In this document: piece after piece, positions 30,677 to 49,699 of the stretch
Layout: every line of letters starts with the position of its first letter
Numbering within the stretch: position 1 is the first letter of the stretch
Source of the DNA: the human T2T-CHM13v2.0 reference genome, Homo sapiens
Assembly: GCF_009914755.1 (NCBI RefSeq)
Contig: NC_060941.1
Direction: 5' to 3' (one strand)
Length of the DNA: 64,000 nucleotides
Notes under the pieces: model-generated
Told to the model about the DNA's origin: nothing
Seen by the model: the letters and a program-made list of their open reading frames with translations, nothing else
Databases searched by the model: none
Program-made: the position numbers and the translations under genes

Positions 30677-31519
30677 CCAGCCAGCGCCCCAGCAGTTCTC
30701 CCGCCCGCAGCCCACTATAAAGTCCAACAGTTGGGTGGGCCAACGCAACGTTCCTTAGTCATAGAAAGAGGAGGAGAACGGGAATGCCCATCTCACTCTT
30801 CCCTGTGGAAATCTTTCTCAGGGCATGGCTGCACGGTCCTCCTAACTGCCCTTGACTCTTCCCCCTCCCTCTTTCCCAACATCCATGCCATCACTGTTCT
30901 GCCTTCCAGACAACCCTGGAATCAGCCCATTTCCCTCCATCCTGCTGCCTCTCCTTGGGTTCTGGCCATACCCCTGGTGTGCTGCCCGACCTTCCTTCAC
31001 TCTTCAGCCTAGGAGCTCTCTGGCAGTGCCATTCTGAGTGTGTACTCCTGCCATGCCCCTTCAGCACCTCCCCTTCACTCTAAGGCTGAAGTCCCAGGTC
31101 CCAATAGGGGTCTCCCCTGAATCCTGCCAGCCTCATCAGTGCACACCGCCTGGGTCTCTCCTCTCAAACCACACTGACCTCTGTTCCTCAAACTTCTCCT
31201 TGCCTTTGCACAGGCTGTTTTCCCTTCCTCCAACACTTTCCCACCCATCCCCATCACCCAGTGAACTCTTCCTTGGCCCCTTCCTTGTCCCCAGCAGACA
31301 CTTCCTCAGGGAAGCCCCGTGTGACCTCTAAGTCAGGATTAGCTGATCCTGCTCTGTCCCCATGGCTGGGATCATCCCTAGGGCAACTTCATCACACACC
31401 ACTTCACAATTGTTGGGACCTCACAAGGGCAATTTCCATGTGTTGTTCTTGTTACTTACTGGACTCTTGACTGCCCCACCTTGGAACATACAAGGCAATC
31501 CATAGATACTGTGAACTTT

Positions 31520-31833
31520 GTTATTTAATTTTATTTTTATTTATTTATTTTTTAGACAGGGTCTCACTTTGTTGCCCAGGCTGGAGTGCAGTGGCAAGAA
31601 CATGGCTCACTGCTTCCTCGATCTCCCTGGCTCAATTGATCCTCCCCCCTTAGCTTACCAAGTAGCTGGGACCACAGGCTTGGGCCACCATGCCCAGCTA
31701 ATTTTTGTATTTTTTGTAGAGACGGAGTTTTGCCATGTCGCCAGGCTGGTCTCGAACTCCTGAGCTCAAGTGATCTGCCTGCCTCAGCCTCCCAAAGTGT
31801 TGGGATTACAGGTGTGAGCCACCACTCCAGGCT
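31520..31833 (-). mobile_element. AluJ
   Basis: Antisense Alu. Confidence 0.9.
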
Positions 31834-32160
31834 CCATTATTTAATTAATGAGGGAAGCCATAGTGGGATTATTGACTCATTGTCCAAATTTTAGGAGAAG
31901 GGTAATATGCCACAAGAACAGATGATACGATTAATTTTGCTGGAATATACTATTAACTACATTTATTAAGAAACTTAAAAGCTTCAGGAGCATTTAAACA
32001 TGATATTCATTTATTCTACAAACATTTGAGCATCTACTATGGGTCAGTGACTAGGAACACCCATGTGAATAAGACAGTGCCTGTCCTCAAAAAGGTCATA
32101 GTCTGATGATCTCATTCTGTTGAATCGTACAGTGACCCACTGAAGTGAGTACTATCGATT

Positions 32161-32712
32161 TGTATTGATTAGGACATTTTTGTTCCAAGTGACACAGGAC
32201 TGCTCAAACAGGCTTTAACCAAAAAGGGAACAGATTGGTTTATGTGACTGAAATGTCGAGGGGCTGGGTCTGGCTTCAGGCATGGTGGGTTTCTGGATTT
32301 GATAGTGTCTCCCGGACCATGCCACCCTGTCTCTTGGTTCTTTCCTCCTTGAGCTGGCACCGTGTTGTCACCCCGACAGCGGTGGGTTCTCTTCTCATGG
32401 TGGCCAGGTGGCTGTAGATTTATATCCCCAGAGCCCCAAGGCCAGTGGGAAAGTGAAAATCTCTTTTCCAGCAGCTCCTGCAGGATCCCAGTCATCCACC
32501 CTGATGACCAGCTCAGTAATTGTCCCTGAGGCAATTACTGTAGCCAGAAGAAAGCAATGTTCCCAGTGGTTTGAGGAACACACCAAAAGCTTCATGTCCT
32601 GAATGTGGTATGGGTCCGGCCTGAGAGCTGGGGAGGGGCGGAGCCCAAAATGAAAACCTACGGGCGTTGCTGTAAGAGGGTGGAGTGGAGGCCAGGGAGG
32701 CAGAGGACAAAT
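32161..32712 (-). mobile_element. MLT1K/L-type MaLR LTR
   Basis: tgtatt…caagtgaca…ctcaaacaggcttt…ggcttcaggcatgg. Confidence 0.6.
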
Positions 32713-32915
32713 GTTTTTATTTTTTATTTTTATTTCTATTTTATTTTATTTTATTTTTTATTGTACTTTAAATACTTTAGGGTACATGTGCACAACGTGC
32801 AGGTTTGTTACATATGTATACATGTGTGATGTTGGTGTGCTGCACCCATGAACTCATCATTTAACATTAGGTATATCTCCTAATGCTATCCCTCCCCACT
32901 AGCCCCACCCCACAA
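32713..32915 (-). mobile_element. L1PA 3'-end fragment
   Basis: tagggtacatgtgcacaacgtgcaggtttgttacatatgtatacatg…cctaatgctatccctcccc. Confidence 0.88.
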
Positions 32916-33117
32916 CTCTCCCTTCTTTAGAGGCAGGGACATGAGGCACAGAGAGAGGGAGAGTAACAACCTCAAGCCAAACTGCTGGTGCCTGGCAGAG
33001 CTAAGACTCGAACCCTGCTCTGCTGACTTCAAGTAGCACTTTCCACACAGCTGCTCTTCCCAGGGAGAGGTCTCAGACACAGGAAGGACCCTGGAGTCCC
33101 TACTCAGAGGACTTCCT

Positions 33118-33435
<318 letters not shown>

Positions 33436-34050
33436 AGAGGCCTTTCTTTTAAATAATGAGATGTTGGTGGAGGCTGTCCTTCTCACAAACTGGGCTTTAG
33501 TCAATGGCTCTGAGAAAGGAGAGAACTATACTTTTTGCCCTGGTAGTCTTCTATCTTTTCTTTGAAGAAAAATTCCTCTCCTTCCCAGTCATTCCAGCCC
33601 TTGCCAAGGATCCTTGGAGCTCCAGACAGAGTTGCTGCTTGACAGATGAGGTCAGTTCAGTGGCAGCTGAGATCTACGGTGTCTTACAGAGCAATGCTGT
33701 GACCTGCCCAGGGGTCATTGCAAATTGTTAGTGCAGGCCTCCCCATTCTGGTCTCCTTCATCTGCCCATTCTGCCTCCCGTCCTGCAGGCTGGAAGGCAG
33801 ACACAGCAGCCAGGAAAAGCACAAGACAGTCTGGTGACCGAGAAAAAACCAGGTTTCCGTCTGGGGCTCTGTTGCTGGCCTGGGGCAGTCAGGCCTTCTC
33901 CCGGAGGGCTTGGGCTCTGAGTGTCGGCTCTGCCCTGCCCTCCATCACACCCTAAGCATAAACTCTCTATTCCCCATACATGACCATTACTGTCTATTCC
34001 CCATACATGACCATGTCTGTTCAGCAGCTTCCTCTTGATGAATTAGTTTC

Positions 34051-34065
34051 TTTTCCGTTTCTTTC

Positions 34066-34137
<72 letters not shown>

Positions 34138-34410
34138 TTTTTTTTTTTTTGTTGAGGCAGCATCTCACTCTGTTGCCCAGGCTAAAGGGCAGTGGCACAA
34201 TCATGGCTCATTGCAGCCTTGACCTCCTGGGCTCAAGCCATCCTCCCACCTCAGCCTCCAGAGCAGCTGGGACTACAGGTGTTTGCCACAATGCCTGGCT
34301 AATTTTTGTACTTTTTGTAGAGACGGGGTTTCGCCGTATTGCCCAGGCTGTTCTTGAATTCCTGGGCTCAAGTGATCCTCTCGCCTTGGCCTCCACCACT
34401 GTGCCCAGCC
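34051..34410 (-). mobile_element. AluJ with long (TTTC)n tail
   Basis: TSD tgaattagtttc. Confidence 0.9.
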
Positions 34411-34433
34411 TCTGAATTAGTTTCAGTCACATT

Positions 34434-35682
<1,249 letters not shown>

Positions 35683-36482
35683 TTGTTCCTTTCTTAGCTG
35701 CATGAACTTGGAAAGGCGACCTCACCTTCCATAGCCTGAAGGTCTACAGAGTGGTTGTCCATAAATATTAGGAGCTGGCTAGGGCCCTTGCCTGGATGCG
35801 GGGGAAGATGGACACCATCCTCAAACACTTGAAGGCTGTCATGAGGACAAGGCATTCAACATATTCTTCTATGTTTTAAGCACCTCTGGGGAGAAATTAA
35901 ACTGAGGAAGAATAGGACTAAATCAGGGAAGACCTTCCTGTTAGTGAGACCTGCCCAGTGGTGGCCGGGAGAGGTCATGAGCTCTCTGTGACTCGAGGAG
36001 ATGACACAGAGGCTAAAGGACTGATTGTGGGTCAGTGAGAAAGTCACCCACCACCCAGGGATGACTGTTCTATGACAGAGCCAGGATTTAACCCTGAGCT
36101 GCCTGACTTCAAAGACCATTTTCTTAACAGTTAGCCTCACCTTTCTGAACTGTTAAATGGGTGGGAACGTGGTGAAAATTCAATGTGTGAGGTCCTTCCT
36201 AGCGCTAAAATTTTCTTTTTCTTATGAAATTCTCCACGTTTTAGCATCCTCTAGTTTCTTCTGCAGGTTGTAGGAAGGTTGGTTATTTGGAAACCAGAAC
36301 AGTTTCCTAAAGAAACAAGTCCATGTTCAGTTCTCAGACCTCGCTTGGAGATTCATAACTCACCAGGGGCCTGAACCAAAGCCCCATCTCCCCCAGCTCT
36401 GAACCCTTATTAGGGACTCCCTAGGCCAGGCTCCATCTTGGGGCTGACTTACCATCTCGCCCACGCTCTCCCCTTCCATGTC

Positions 36483-36594
36483 ACAGTGACCCACTGCCCC
36501 AGTTTACCCAGGACTGACGGGTTTCCTGGGACATAGGACTTTCAGTGCCCAAGCCAGGAAAGCCCTGGACAAGCTGGGAGGGGCTGATCACCCT
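36483..36594. mobile_element. MER81/MER94-like hAT MITE
   Basis: gtgacc…cagtttacccaggactga…ggactttcagtg…tcaccct. Confidence 0.6.
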
Positions 36595-37550
36595 ACTTCG
36601 TGATGAGCCCATAGCAGAGGCCCTGACTGGGCTGCAGGCAGATGTGGAAATCCTGGAGTGGATCTGCAGGCAGAAGACGAAGTAGCCGTGTATGTGTGTT
36701 TTCCACCAGCTCTGAGACACAGGACCCAAATCGCTCTGCTTTGGGGCCTGGTGACAAGTGCAGCACAGACTTGGAGAGAAGAGACTTCTAACTTCATACT
36801 AAACATGGCTTGGCCACTAGCAAGGCCTGCAGGGCCAGCAGCACTATGAGGCGGGGCAGCTTTCGGACGTCACGACTGCAGGCCTTTATACAAGTACCAG
36901 CCTTCCTGGGGCACCAGTGGCCTGGCGGGAAGGAGGCACTGCCCTCACATAGCTCCTAAAACAGCTGAGTCAGTGAGGGGTTCTGTGGGGGAAGTGGGGG
37001 AGGTTTGCCTGAGATACATTCAGGAGCGCCTGGCTGACAAGGTAGGGGGAGAACCCTGCAGGCTGGGGCCTGGGCTGGTGAAAGGGGAGGAGACCTGCTG
37101 GCAGAGCCTGGCTGAAGCCACCGTCTCAGAGGCTGTGGAGTCTCAGTTACAATGTCAGTTCCGCCAGGCCTCTGAAGGCAGACACAGGACCTCCTCCTTG
37201 CCTTCTCTTTCTCCCCCACTTCCAGGCAGTCTAGAGCCCGGTGGAGTCTCCTGTCAGGACACCTCCAGAATGCTTCCAGTCCTTTCCCTGACCACTGCCC
37301 GCTCGGCACAGGCCCTGTGCAATATCCTAAACTGCTGAGCTCCTGACACCCTTCCTGCCAGCCTCATCCCCCGCCCTCTTCCCGTCATGTGCCAAGCCCC
37401 AGCCACTGTGCAGCCCTGCTTTTTCCAGAGGTGCAGGCTGCAGGCCTCTCGCCTTCGAATCTTTGCATAAGTGGGATCCTCTTCCTGAATGCCCGCTCAC
37501 CTTCTTGACTTGGCTAACTTCTACTCAACTTAGAAGATTTATTACAGGTG

Positions 37551-37927
37551 TGTATTAGTCCGTCCTCACCCTGCTATAAAGAACTACCTGAGACTGGGTA
37601 ATTCATAAAGAAAAGAAGTTTAATTGACTCACAGTTCCACAGGCTGTACAGAAAGCATGGCTACGGAGGCCTCAGGAAACTTACAATCATGGCAGAAGGC
37701 AAAGGGGAAGCAACACATCTTCACATGGTGGCAGGAGAGAGAGAGCAAAGGGGGAAGTGCTACACACTTTTAAACAACCAGATCTTGTGAGAACTCCACC
37801 ACCAGAACAGCAGGGGGGAAGTCTGCCCACATGATTCAATTACCTCCCCCATAGGCTCCTCCTTCAACACATAGGGATTACAATTCGAAATGAGACTTGG
37901 GTGGGGACACAGAGCCAAATCATATCA
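37551..37927 (-). mobile_element. MSTA MaLR solo LTR
   Basis: tgtattagtc…catatca termini with perfect 5-bp TSD aggtg. Confidence 0.88.
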
Positions 37928-39368
37928 AGGTGCCACCTCCTCCAGAAGGCCCTCCTTCATGTCCTTCATCTCTGTCCCCACAGCATCCTGGGCTTACTGC
38001 TGTGCACCAGCTCATAAATTCATGCACTAACCACAGACAGCGTCTGTCTCCTAACCAGCCTGGGAGTTGCCTGAAGGCAGGGAACAGGTTTCTTACTTCT
38101 GTATTGCCAGCATCTGGCGAAGAGTAGGTCCATAATGCAGAATGAATGAAGGAATGAGTGAATTAACACATTGTCCTGTTTAGTCCTCATGACTCTGGGA
38201 TCCCTGTTCTGGGGCTTTGGGACCTCAGAAGCAAAGAGAAAGAGGAGGACCATGACTCCCCAGCTTACTACCTCCTGCCTTACCATGGCTTTGCTAGTCC
38301 CTGATGACCTTGAGCCCTAGCCAGGTCAAACAGGGGTCACGTGTAGGACTAATGTGAGTTGGGGGAAGTTGGTACAATCTGCCAGCCCAGTAGTGTGGAA
38401 GGGGACTGAGGGCCTGACAGTGTTGCATGCCAGAACAAAGCCCATGCAAAGAATTGAGGCTTTTTGCCCTTTTGGGCACCTGGTTAGGTTAAGAAGAGGG
38501 GAAAGGCTGAAGCAGAGGGAGGACAGAAGGATCAGGAAGTGCGAAGGAGACCCCCTACATTGTGAGAGCCAGGCAGGGTCCTAGCGGTCGTCTGAATGGC
38601 TAAGGTGTCCCTCCGTTGTGACTAGATAATATCAGTCCACTCCTCCTGGGCTGAGTGAGAAACTGCCTGCCTCCTCCCCACTCCCTTCCTCCAGCAGCCT
38701 TGCTCAGAGGCCCTGCAGCCACTGCCATATCTATCTCAGTCTCTCAATAGCTCTGTGAAGGGTGACTGTGTGATTCCCACTTACAAATGATGAAGACTTC
38801 TCCCCCACCTTCTTTTGATTTATTTGAAAATTCTTTAGAATTCCATTTTAATTGACTTATTGGTTCTGCATATCTTTTGTGGTTTCTCTAAGAATTACAA
38901 TGTAATTCTTTGGGAGGCCAGGGTGGGGATTGCTTTGAGCTCAGGAGTATGAGACCAGCCTGGGAAACATGGTGAAACCCCATCTCTACCAAAAAAAACA
39001 TATATACATATACAAAAATTCTATATACACAAAAATTAGCCAGGCATGGTGGCTTGTGCCTGTAGTCCCAGCTACTCGGGAGGCTGCAGCTGGAGAATCA
39101 CCTGAGCCCAGGAAGCGGAGGTTTCAGTGATCTAAGATTGTGCCACTGCACACCAGTTTGGATGACAGAGTGAGACCCTGTCTCGAAAACAGCAACAAAT
39201 ATAGTATATATCCTTAACTTTTCACAGTCAACTTGGGGTTCATCTTGCATGATTTCACATGCTATTTCCAGCTCATATTTGCTACCCTCCTGTCTGTCTT
39301 TTCTTTTACCGTTACCCATATTTGCTACACTCCTGTCTGTCTTTCCTTTTCTTTCTTTTATTTTTTGA

Positions 39369-39826
<458 letters not shown>

Positions 39827-39829
39827 TAA

Positions 39830-40066
<237 letters not shown>

Positions 40067-40585
40067 TAAAACAGTCATATGTCTTTAAATAAATTAAAAA
40101 TAAAATAATCTTATATAGTTACCAGGATATTTACCATTTTCTATACTTTTCATTCCTTTCCGAAAATTTTCACGTGGTATCATTTCCCTTCTGCCTGAAG
40201 AACTCCCTTTGGCATGTCTTATGATGCAGGACTGCAGATGATAAATTCTCTTCACTTTTTCCCCTCTAATGTCTTTATTTGATTTTCATTCCTGAAGGAA
40301 TGATTATTTCACTGGATATAGAATTTTATATGGAAATATTGAATTTCATTCATCATTTTAAAATGTTGTTCCACTATCTTCTGACCCCATAGTTTTTGAA
40401 TGAAAAGTCAGCAGTCAAGCAAATTACTAGTGCTACCTAGGTAGTGTGTTGTTTTACACTGTCTTCTTTTCTTTCTTTCTTTCTTTCTTTTTTTCTTTCT
40501 TTCTTTTGAGACAGAGTTTTGCTCTGTCACCAAGACACCTCCAGGGTTCAAGCCATTGTCCTACCTCAGCCTCCTGAGTAGCTGA

Positions 40586-40992
<407 letters not shown>

Positions 40993-41630
40993 TGATATTT
41001 CTTGGCACAGTTTTCTTTTTCTTTCTTCCTTTTTTTAAATTTTTTTGTACAGACAGAGGTCTTAGTATGTTTTTGGCCAGGCTTGTCTCGAACTCCTGGC
41101 CTCAAATGATCCTTCTGCCTCAGCCTCCCAAAGTGCTGGGGTTACACAGGTGTGAGCTACTGTGCCTGGTCATTTAAAAAAATTTTATCCTGGTTGGGGT
41201 TTGGTTATCTTCTTGAAATTTGAAATTTATATCTTTATCAAATTTAGGAAGTATTTGACCATTTTTTCCTTCAAATATTTTATTCTGCCTCATTCTCATT
41301 TCTCTCCTTCTAGGACTCCAATTACATGTATGTCAGACCATATAATAATATCCTTTTGTATTTTTGGTGTCAGGACCTACAGGTCCCTGAGACATTGTTT
41401 GATTTAATTGTTTTTAACATTTTTTTCTCTGTATTCTTCAGATTGTGTAATTCCTATTCATCTATCTTCGAGTTCACCAACTAGTTTCTATTCCTCTCCA
41501 TTCTGTTGTTCAACCCATCTAGTGAATTTTTTCCTCCTGAGCTGTGACACCAAGGATATTGTATATTTCTGTTCTCATATTTCTATTTGTTCCTCCCTAT
41601 ACCTCTCCATTACTACAATTTGGTTCTTTA

Positions 41631-41855
<225 letters not shown>

Positions 41856-41950
41856 CTATTTCTTTGCTGAGATTTTCTACCTTTTCATTTAGCCATACAT
41901 CAGAAGGCTATAATTTTAATAAAGTACAATTTGTGAATTTTTTTTCATAG

Positions 41951-42172
<222 letters not shown>

Positions 42173-42337
42173 TAGTCTTGAACTCTTGGCCTCAAATGAT
42201 CCACCCACCAGAGCCTCCCAAAGTGTTGGAATTACAGGCATGACCACCACACCCAGCCTCCATAGATCATACTTTTGATGTTATATTTAAAAACTCATCA
42301 CCAAAACCAAGATTTATCAGATTTTCTCTTATGTTAC

Positions 42338-44601
42338 TGATATGGTTTGGCTGTATTCCCACCCAAATCTCATCTTGAATTCCCATGTATTGTGGGAGGG
42401 ATCCAGTGGGAGGTAATTGAATCATGGGGGCAAGTCTTTCCCATGCTATTCTCATGATAGTGAATAAGTCTCATGAGATCTCATGGTTTTTAAAAGAGGA
42501 ATTCTCCTGCACAAGCTCTCTCCTCTTTGCTTGCCAATATCCATGTAAGATGTGACTTGCTCCTCCTTGCCTTCCACCGTGATTGTGAGGCTTCCTCAGC
42601 CACATGGGACTGTAAGTCCAATTAAAACTTTTTCTTTTGTAAATTGCTCAGTCTCAGGTATGTCCTTATCAGCAGCATGAAAACAGACTAATACAGTAAA
42701 TTGGTACCAGTAGAGTGGGGTGCTGCTGAAAAGATACCTGAAAATGTGGAAGCTACTTTGGAACTTGGTAGCAGACAGAGGTTGGAACAGTTTGGAGGGC
42801 TCAGAAGAAGACAGGAAAAGTTTGGAACTCCCTAGGGACTTGTAGAATGGCATCAACAAAATGCTGATAATGATATGCACAATGAAATCCAGGCTGAGGT
42901 GGTCTCAGATGGAGATGAGGAACTTGGTGGGAACTGGAGCAAAGGTGACTCTTGTTATGTTTTAGCAAAGAGACTGGTGGCATTTTGCCCTTGCCCTAGA
43001 GATTTGTGTAAATTTGAACTTGAGGGAGATGATGGTATCTAGCAGAAGAAATTTCTAAGTAGCAAAACATTCAAGAGGTGACTTGGGTGCTGTTAAAGGT
43101 GTTCAGTTTTAAAAGGGAAGCAGAGAATAAAAGTTCAGAAAATTTGCAGCCTGATCAAATGTGGTAGGAAAGAAAATCCCATGTTCTAAGGAGAATTTCA
43201 AGCTGGCTGCAGAAATTTGCATAAGTAACAAGGAGCCAAATGTTAACCACCAAAACAATGGGGAAAATGTCTCCAGGGTGTCAGAGACCTTCATGGCAGC
43301 CCCTCCCATCACAGGCCCAAAGGTTTAGGAGGAAAAAATGGTTTTGTGGGCTGGGCCCAGGGTCCCTCTGCTGTGTGCAGTCTAGGAACTTGGTGCCCTG
43401 CATCCCAGCTGCTCCAGCTGTGACTAAAAAGGGCCAAGGTACAGCTCAGGCTGTTGCTTCAGAGGGTGGAAGCCCCAAGCCTTGGCAGCTTCCACATGGT
43501 GTAGAGCCTGTGGTTACACAGAAAGTCAAGAATTGAGGTTTGTAAACCTCCCCCTAGATTTCAGAGGATGTATGGAAATGCCTCGATGTCCATGCAAAAA
43601 TTTGTAAGGGCAGGGCCCTCATGGAGAACCTCTGCTAGGGCAGTGCAGAGGGAAATGTGGAGTCAGAGCCCCCACACAGAGTCCCTACTGGGGCACTGCA
43701 TAGTGGAGCTGTGAGAAAAGAGTTACCATCCTCCAGACCCCAGAATGATAGATCCACTGACAGCTTTCACAGTGCACCTGGAAAAGCCACAGACACTCAA
43801 CACCAGCCCGTGAAAGCAGACAGGAGGGGGGCTATACCCTGCAAAGCCACAGGAGCAGAACTGCCCAAGACCATAGGAACCCACCTCTTGCATCAGTGTG
43901 ACCCAGATGTGAGACATGGAGTCAAAGGAGATCATTTTGGAGCTTTGAGATTTGACTGCCCTGTTGTATTTCAGACTTCTATGGGGGCCTGTAGCCCCTT
44001 TGTTTTAGACAATTTCTTTCATGTGGAGTGGCTGTATTTACCCAATACCTGTACCCCCATTGTATCTAGGAAGTAACTAACTTGCTTTTGATTTTACAGG
44101 CTTATAGGTGGAAGGGACTTGTCTCCAATGAACTTTGGATGGTGGGCTTCTGAGTTAATGCTGAAATGAGTTAAGACTTTGGGGGACTGTTGGGAAGGCA
44201 TGATTGGTTTTGAAATGTGAGGATGCAAGATTTGGGAATGGCCTGGGGCAGAATGATATGGTTTGGCTCTGTCCCCACCCAAATCTCATATTGAATTCCC
44301 GTGTGTTGTGGGAGGGACCCAGTCAGAGGTACCTGAATCATGGCGGCAAGCCTTTCCCATGCTGTTCTCATGATAGTGAATAAGTCTCATGAGATCTGAT
44401 GGTTTTAAAAAGAGGAATTCCCCTGCACGAGCTCCCTCTCTTTGCCTGCCACCATCCACGTAACTTGTGACTTGCTCCTCCTCGCCTTCTGCCATGATTC
44501 TGAGGCTTTCCCAGCCATGTGGAACTGTAAGTCCAATTAAACCTCTTTCTTTTGTAAACTGCCCAGTTTTTATCTTTATCAGCAGCATGAATACAAATAC
44601 A
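42338..44601 (+). mobile_element. Full-length THE1 (A/B) MaLR provirus: LTR 42338-42695, internal 42696-44253, LTR 44254-44601
   Basis: Two direct LTRs beginning tgatatggtttggct; THE1-int begins gtaaattggtaccag; TSD gttac/gttag. Confidence 0.92.
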
Positions 44602-45177
44602 GTTAGCTTCTAGAGGTTTTATAATTTTTGCATTGTACATTTAGCTGTATGATCCATTTTCAGTTAGTATTTGTAGGAGCAAGATTTGTGTGTAGATTCC
44701 TTTTTTTTTTTTTTTTTTTTTTTGCATGTGCACATCCAGTTGTTCCAGCATCATTTGTTGAACAGGCTCTCCCTTCTCCATTGAATTGCTTTGTTCCTTT
44801 GGTGTGGGTCTATTTCTGGGCTCTTCATTCTGTTCCATTGATCCATGGGTCTGTTGTTTTGTCAGTTCCATGCTGTCTTGATTTCTATGGCTTTGTAGTA
44901 AGTCTTGGAGTCAGGGGGTGTCAGTCCTCCAGCTTTATAGTTGTTTTGTGCTTTCATTTTTGGAAGGTTATCAATTATTGACTCAATTTCTTTAATAGAT
45001 ATAGGCTTATCAAGATTATTGTTTCTTGTGTGAGTTTTGGTAGTTTATATCTTTCAAGGAATTGGCCTATTTCATCTAGGTTATCAAATTTATGGCAACA
45101 GTTGTTCGTGATATTCCTTTATCATCCTTTTAATATCCATGGGATCAGTATTGATGACCCCTCTTTAACTTCTGATA

Positions 45178-47237
<2,060 letters not shown>

Positions 47238-47678
47238 TATTCGTAATTTGTGTCTTCTGTCTTTCTTAGTTAGCCTGGATGTTGGTTCATCATTTTTATT
47301 GATCTTTTAAAAGAACAAGATTTAGATTTTATTTTCTCTATTTATTTCCTGTTTACAGTTTTGTTGGTTTCTGCTCTAATTTTTATTATTCCTTTTCCTC
47401 TGCTTGCTCTGAGATTAAATTGCCCCTTTTCTCTAGTTTTTTAAGGGGAAAACTTAGGTTATTAATTTTAGATCTTTCTTTTTTAAAATATATGCATTTA
47501 ATGATATAAATTTCCCTCTAAGCATTGCTTTCACGGCATTCAACAAATTTTGAAGATTTGTATTTTCATTTTCATTTTCTTTTTTTTTGAAACAGTGTCA
47601 TGCTCTGTCACACAGGCTGGAGTACATCGGCACGATCATGGCTCACTGTAGTAACCTCAAACTCCCGGGCTCAAGTGA

Positions 47679-47912
<234 letters not shown>

Positions 47913-48929
47913 TGAGACTTCTTCTTTGACCTGTGTGTTACTTAGAAGTGTGTTGTTTAATCTCCAAACATTTTGGGATTTTCCAGCTATCTTGCTGTTA
48001 CTGATTTCTAGTTTAGTTCTGTTGTGTTTTGAGAACATATTTATACAGGAACAGGATTCTATCCTGGACATTGTTCATGTTACGCTGTAGAGGCTCTGGT
48101 TTCTGTTAGTCCTCCGAAACATGTTGATTTCTTTCTTTTTATTAGGCAATTAACTTCAAACTCTGCTCTTCGGTGGCAGCTCAAACCTCAGTTCAGTTAT
48201 TTTCCTCTGCTAAAGTATTTTTCATGCATGTGTGGTTCAGGGAGCAGTGAGAGATTTGGGCAGAGTTTACAGATGGGATCTGGAGCCACCCCCTTTCCGA
48301 GCCTTTCCTTTATGGCACTCCCCACTTCACTTTCCAGTGGCTGTGGTTGCTCTAAACTTTGTACTCTGATTCTTTAGGCCAGAAAGACCGCAGGTTCCCC
48401 AAGTGTGCTCTGCTGACTGCAGCGCACCTTCAAGATCAAAGCCAGAAAAACAGATAACTCACCATATGTCATGCCCTTCTTCCAAGTGTTGACTCCCAGC
48501 CAGGGCCTACTTGCTTTTATTCACTCTTCAGTGCCTCGCGTTGGTTTTGGGTTTGTTTTGCTTTTTCGTTTTGTTTTGTTTTTGTATTTTGTCAACACTT
48601 TCTATCTGTGGGATGGTCAATTCAGTAGGATCTTAGTTCTCGTGGAAGAGAAATCCCCCAACCCAAGTCATAGAAAGGTAACGTCACTGACCTGTGGCCA
48701 CTCAGCTAGCAAATTGAACGGGTATTCCAACCCAGGACTAAGCAACACCAGTCTCCTCCGCCCCCAACCCCACATACTTTTTATTATGTGGATCTGTCTT
48801 CCATCTCTTATTTGTCAAAAGTCCCAGAACTACTTACTCTGACTTTTCTCTTTGCATAAAATCCATCCAGATTTAGGAAGAAGTTTTATTTATTGCCTTT
48901 TGTGCATTGTCTCTCCTGTGAAAGGATGA

Positions 48930-49150
48930 TGATTAAAGTGCCTCGGCTTTGAAGTTAAAAATACCTGTGTTCAAATCCTGCCTCTGATATATATGTGATC
49001 TTGGACAGGTCGTTCCAGTTTCCTTATCTGTAAAATGGGGGAAACAATAGTATTGACCTCAAAAAATGGTGGTGAAGATTAAATGAGATATTTCACATGA
49101 AGCTCAAAGAACGGTGACTGACCTCCAGTAAGCAGTCAATAAATGAGACC
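48930..49150 (+). mobile_element. MIR
   Basis: ttcaaatcctgcctctg…tgtgatcttggacag…cagtttccttatctgtaaaatgggg. Confidence 0.75.
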
Positions 49151-49699
49151 TCAGGGGTTTTTCCTACTCTGAGGTAGGGGAGTACTCACAGTGGGATGCT
49201 CCATCAGATATTTTTCCAAGAGGAGGGTACATCAGGGGCCTGAGCCCAGGACACTGTTTGAGAGGCTGGTCCTCTTGGGATGCCAGCCTTATTAAGCTGG
49301 GGCTGCTGTCATGTCAAATGGAGTAGCACAGGAGCCTAGAGTGGTCCATGTTTTTCGGGGAAAGAAACCCAAGCCCAGAGAGATTCAGCTCCCATCTGAG
49401 ATCTGTGCAGAGCTGGGAGTGCAGCCCAGCTCCCCTGAGCTCTGCTTCCAAAATCAATGGTATTTTTCTTCTGTTGAATGCCCATGTTCCTCACCGGGGG
49501 AGCTTCGGGTGCAGGGCCTGGGCGCAGGGTGGGTGTGGGTGGCTCTCAGAGGCCAGGGGGCCCAAGAGGAGGAGCTGTGAGTACTGCCATCACAGAAGGT
49601 GGATGAGGAGGAGATTTCTGTTTTATTTTTCTCCAGCAGGCTGGAACGATTTCTAGAAGGAACACAAAGAGAGGCGGAGAAGCCACTGAAGAAAGAAAG

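Noticed and set aside
36973-37338. 121-aa ORF in semi-unique DNA
   Set aside because: GTG start, runs into L2-like sequence, and has no recognisable homology or exon structure.
43109-44076. ORFs within THE1-int
   Set aside because: Fragmented remnants of the non-autonomous MaLR internal region.
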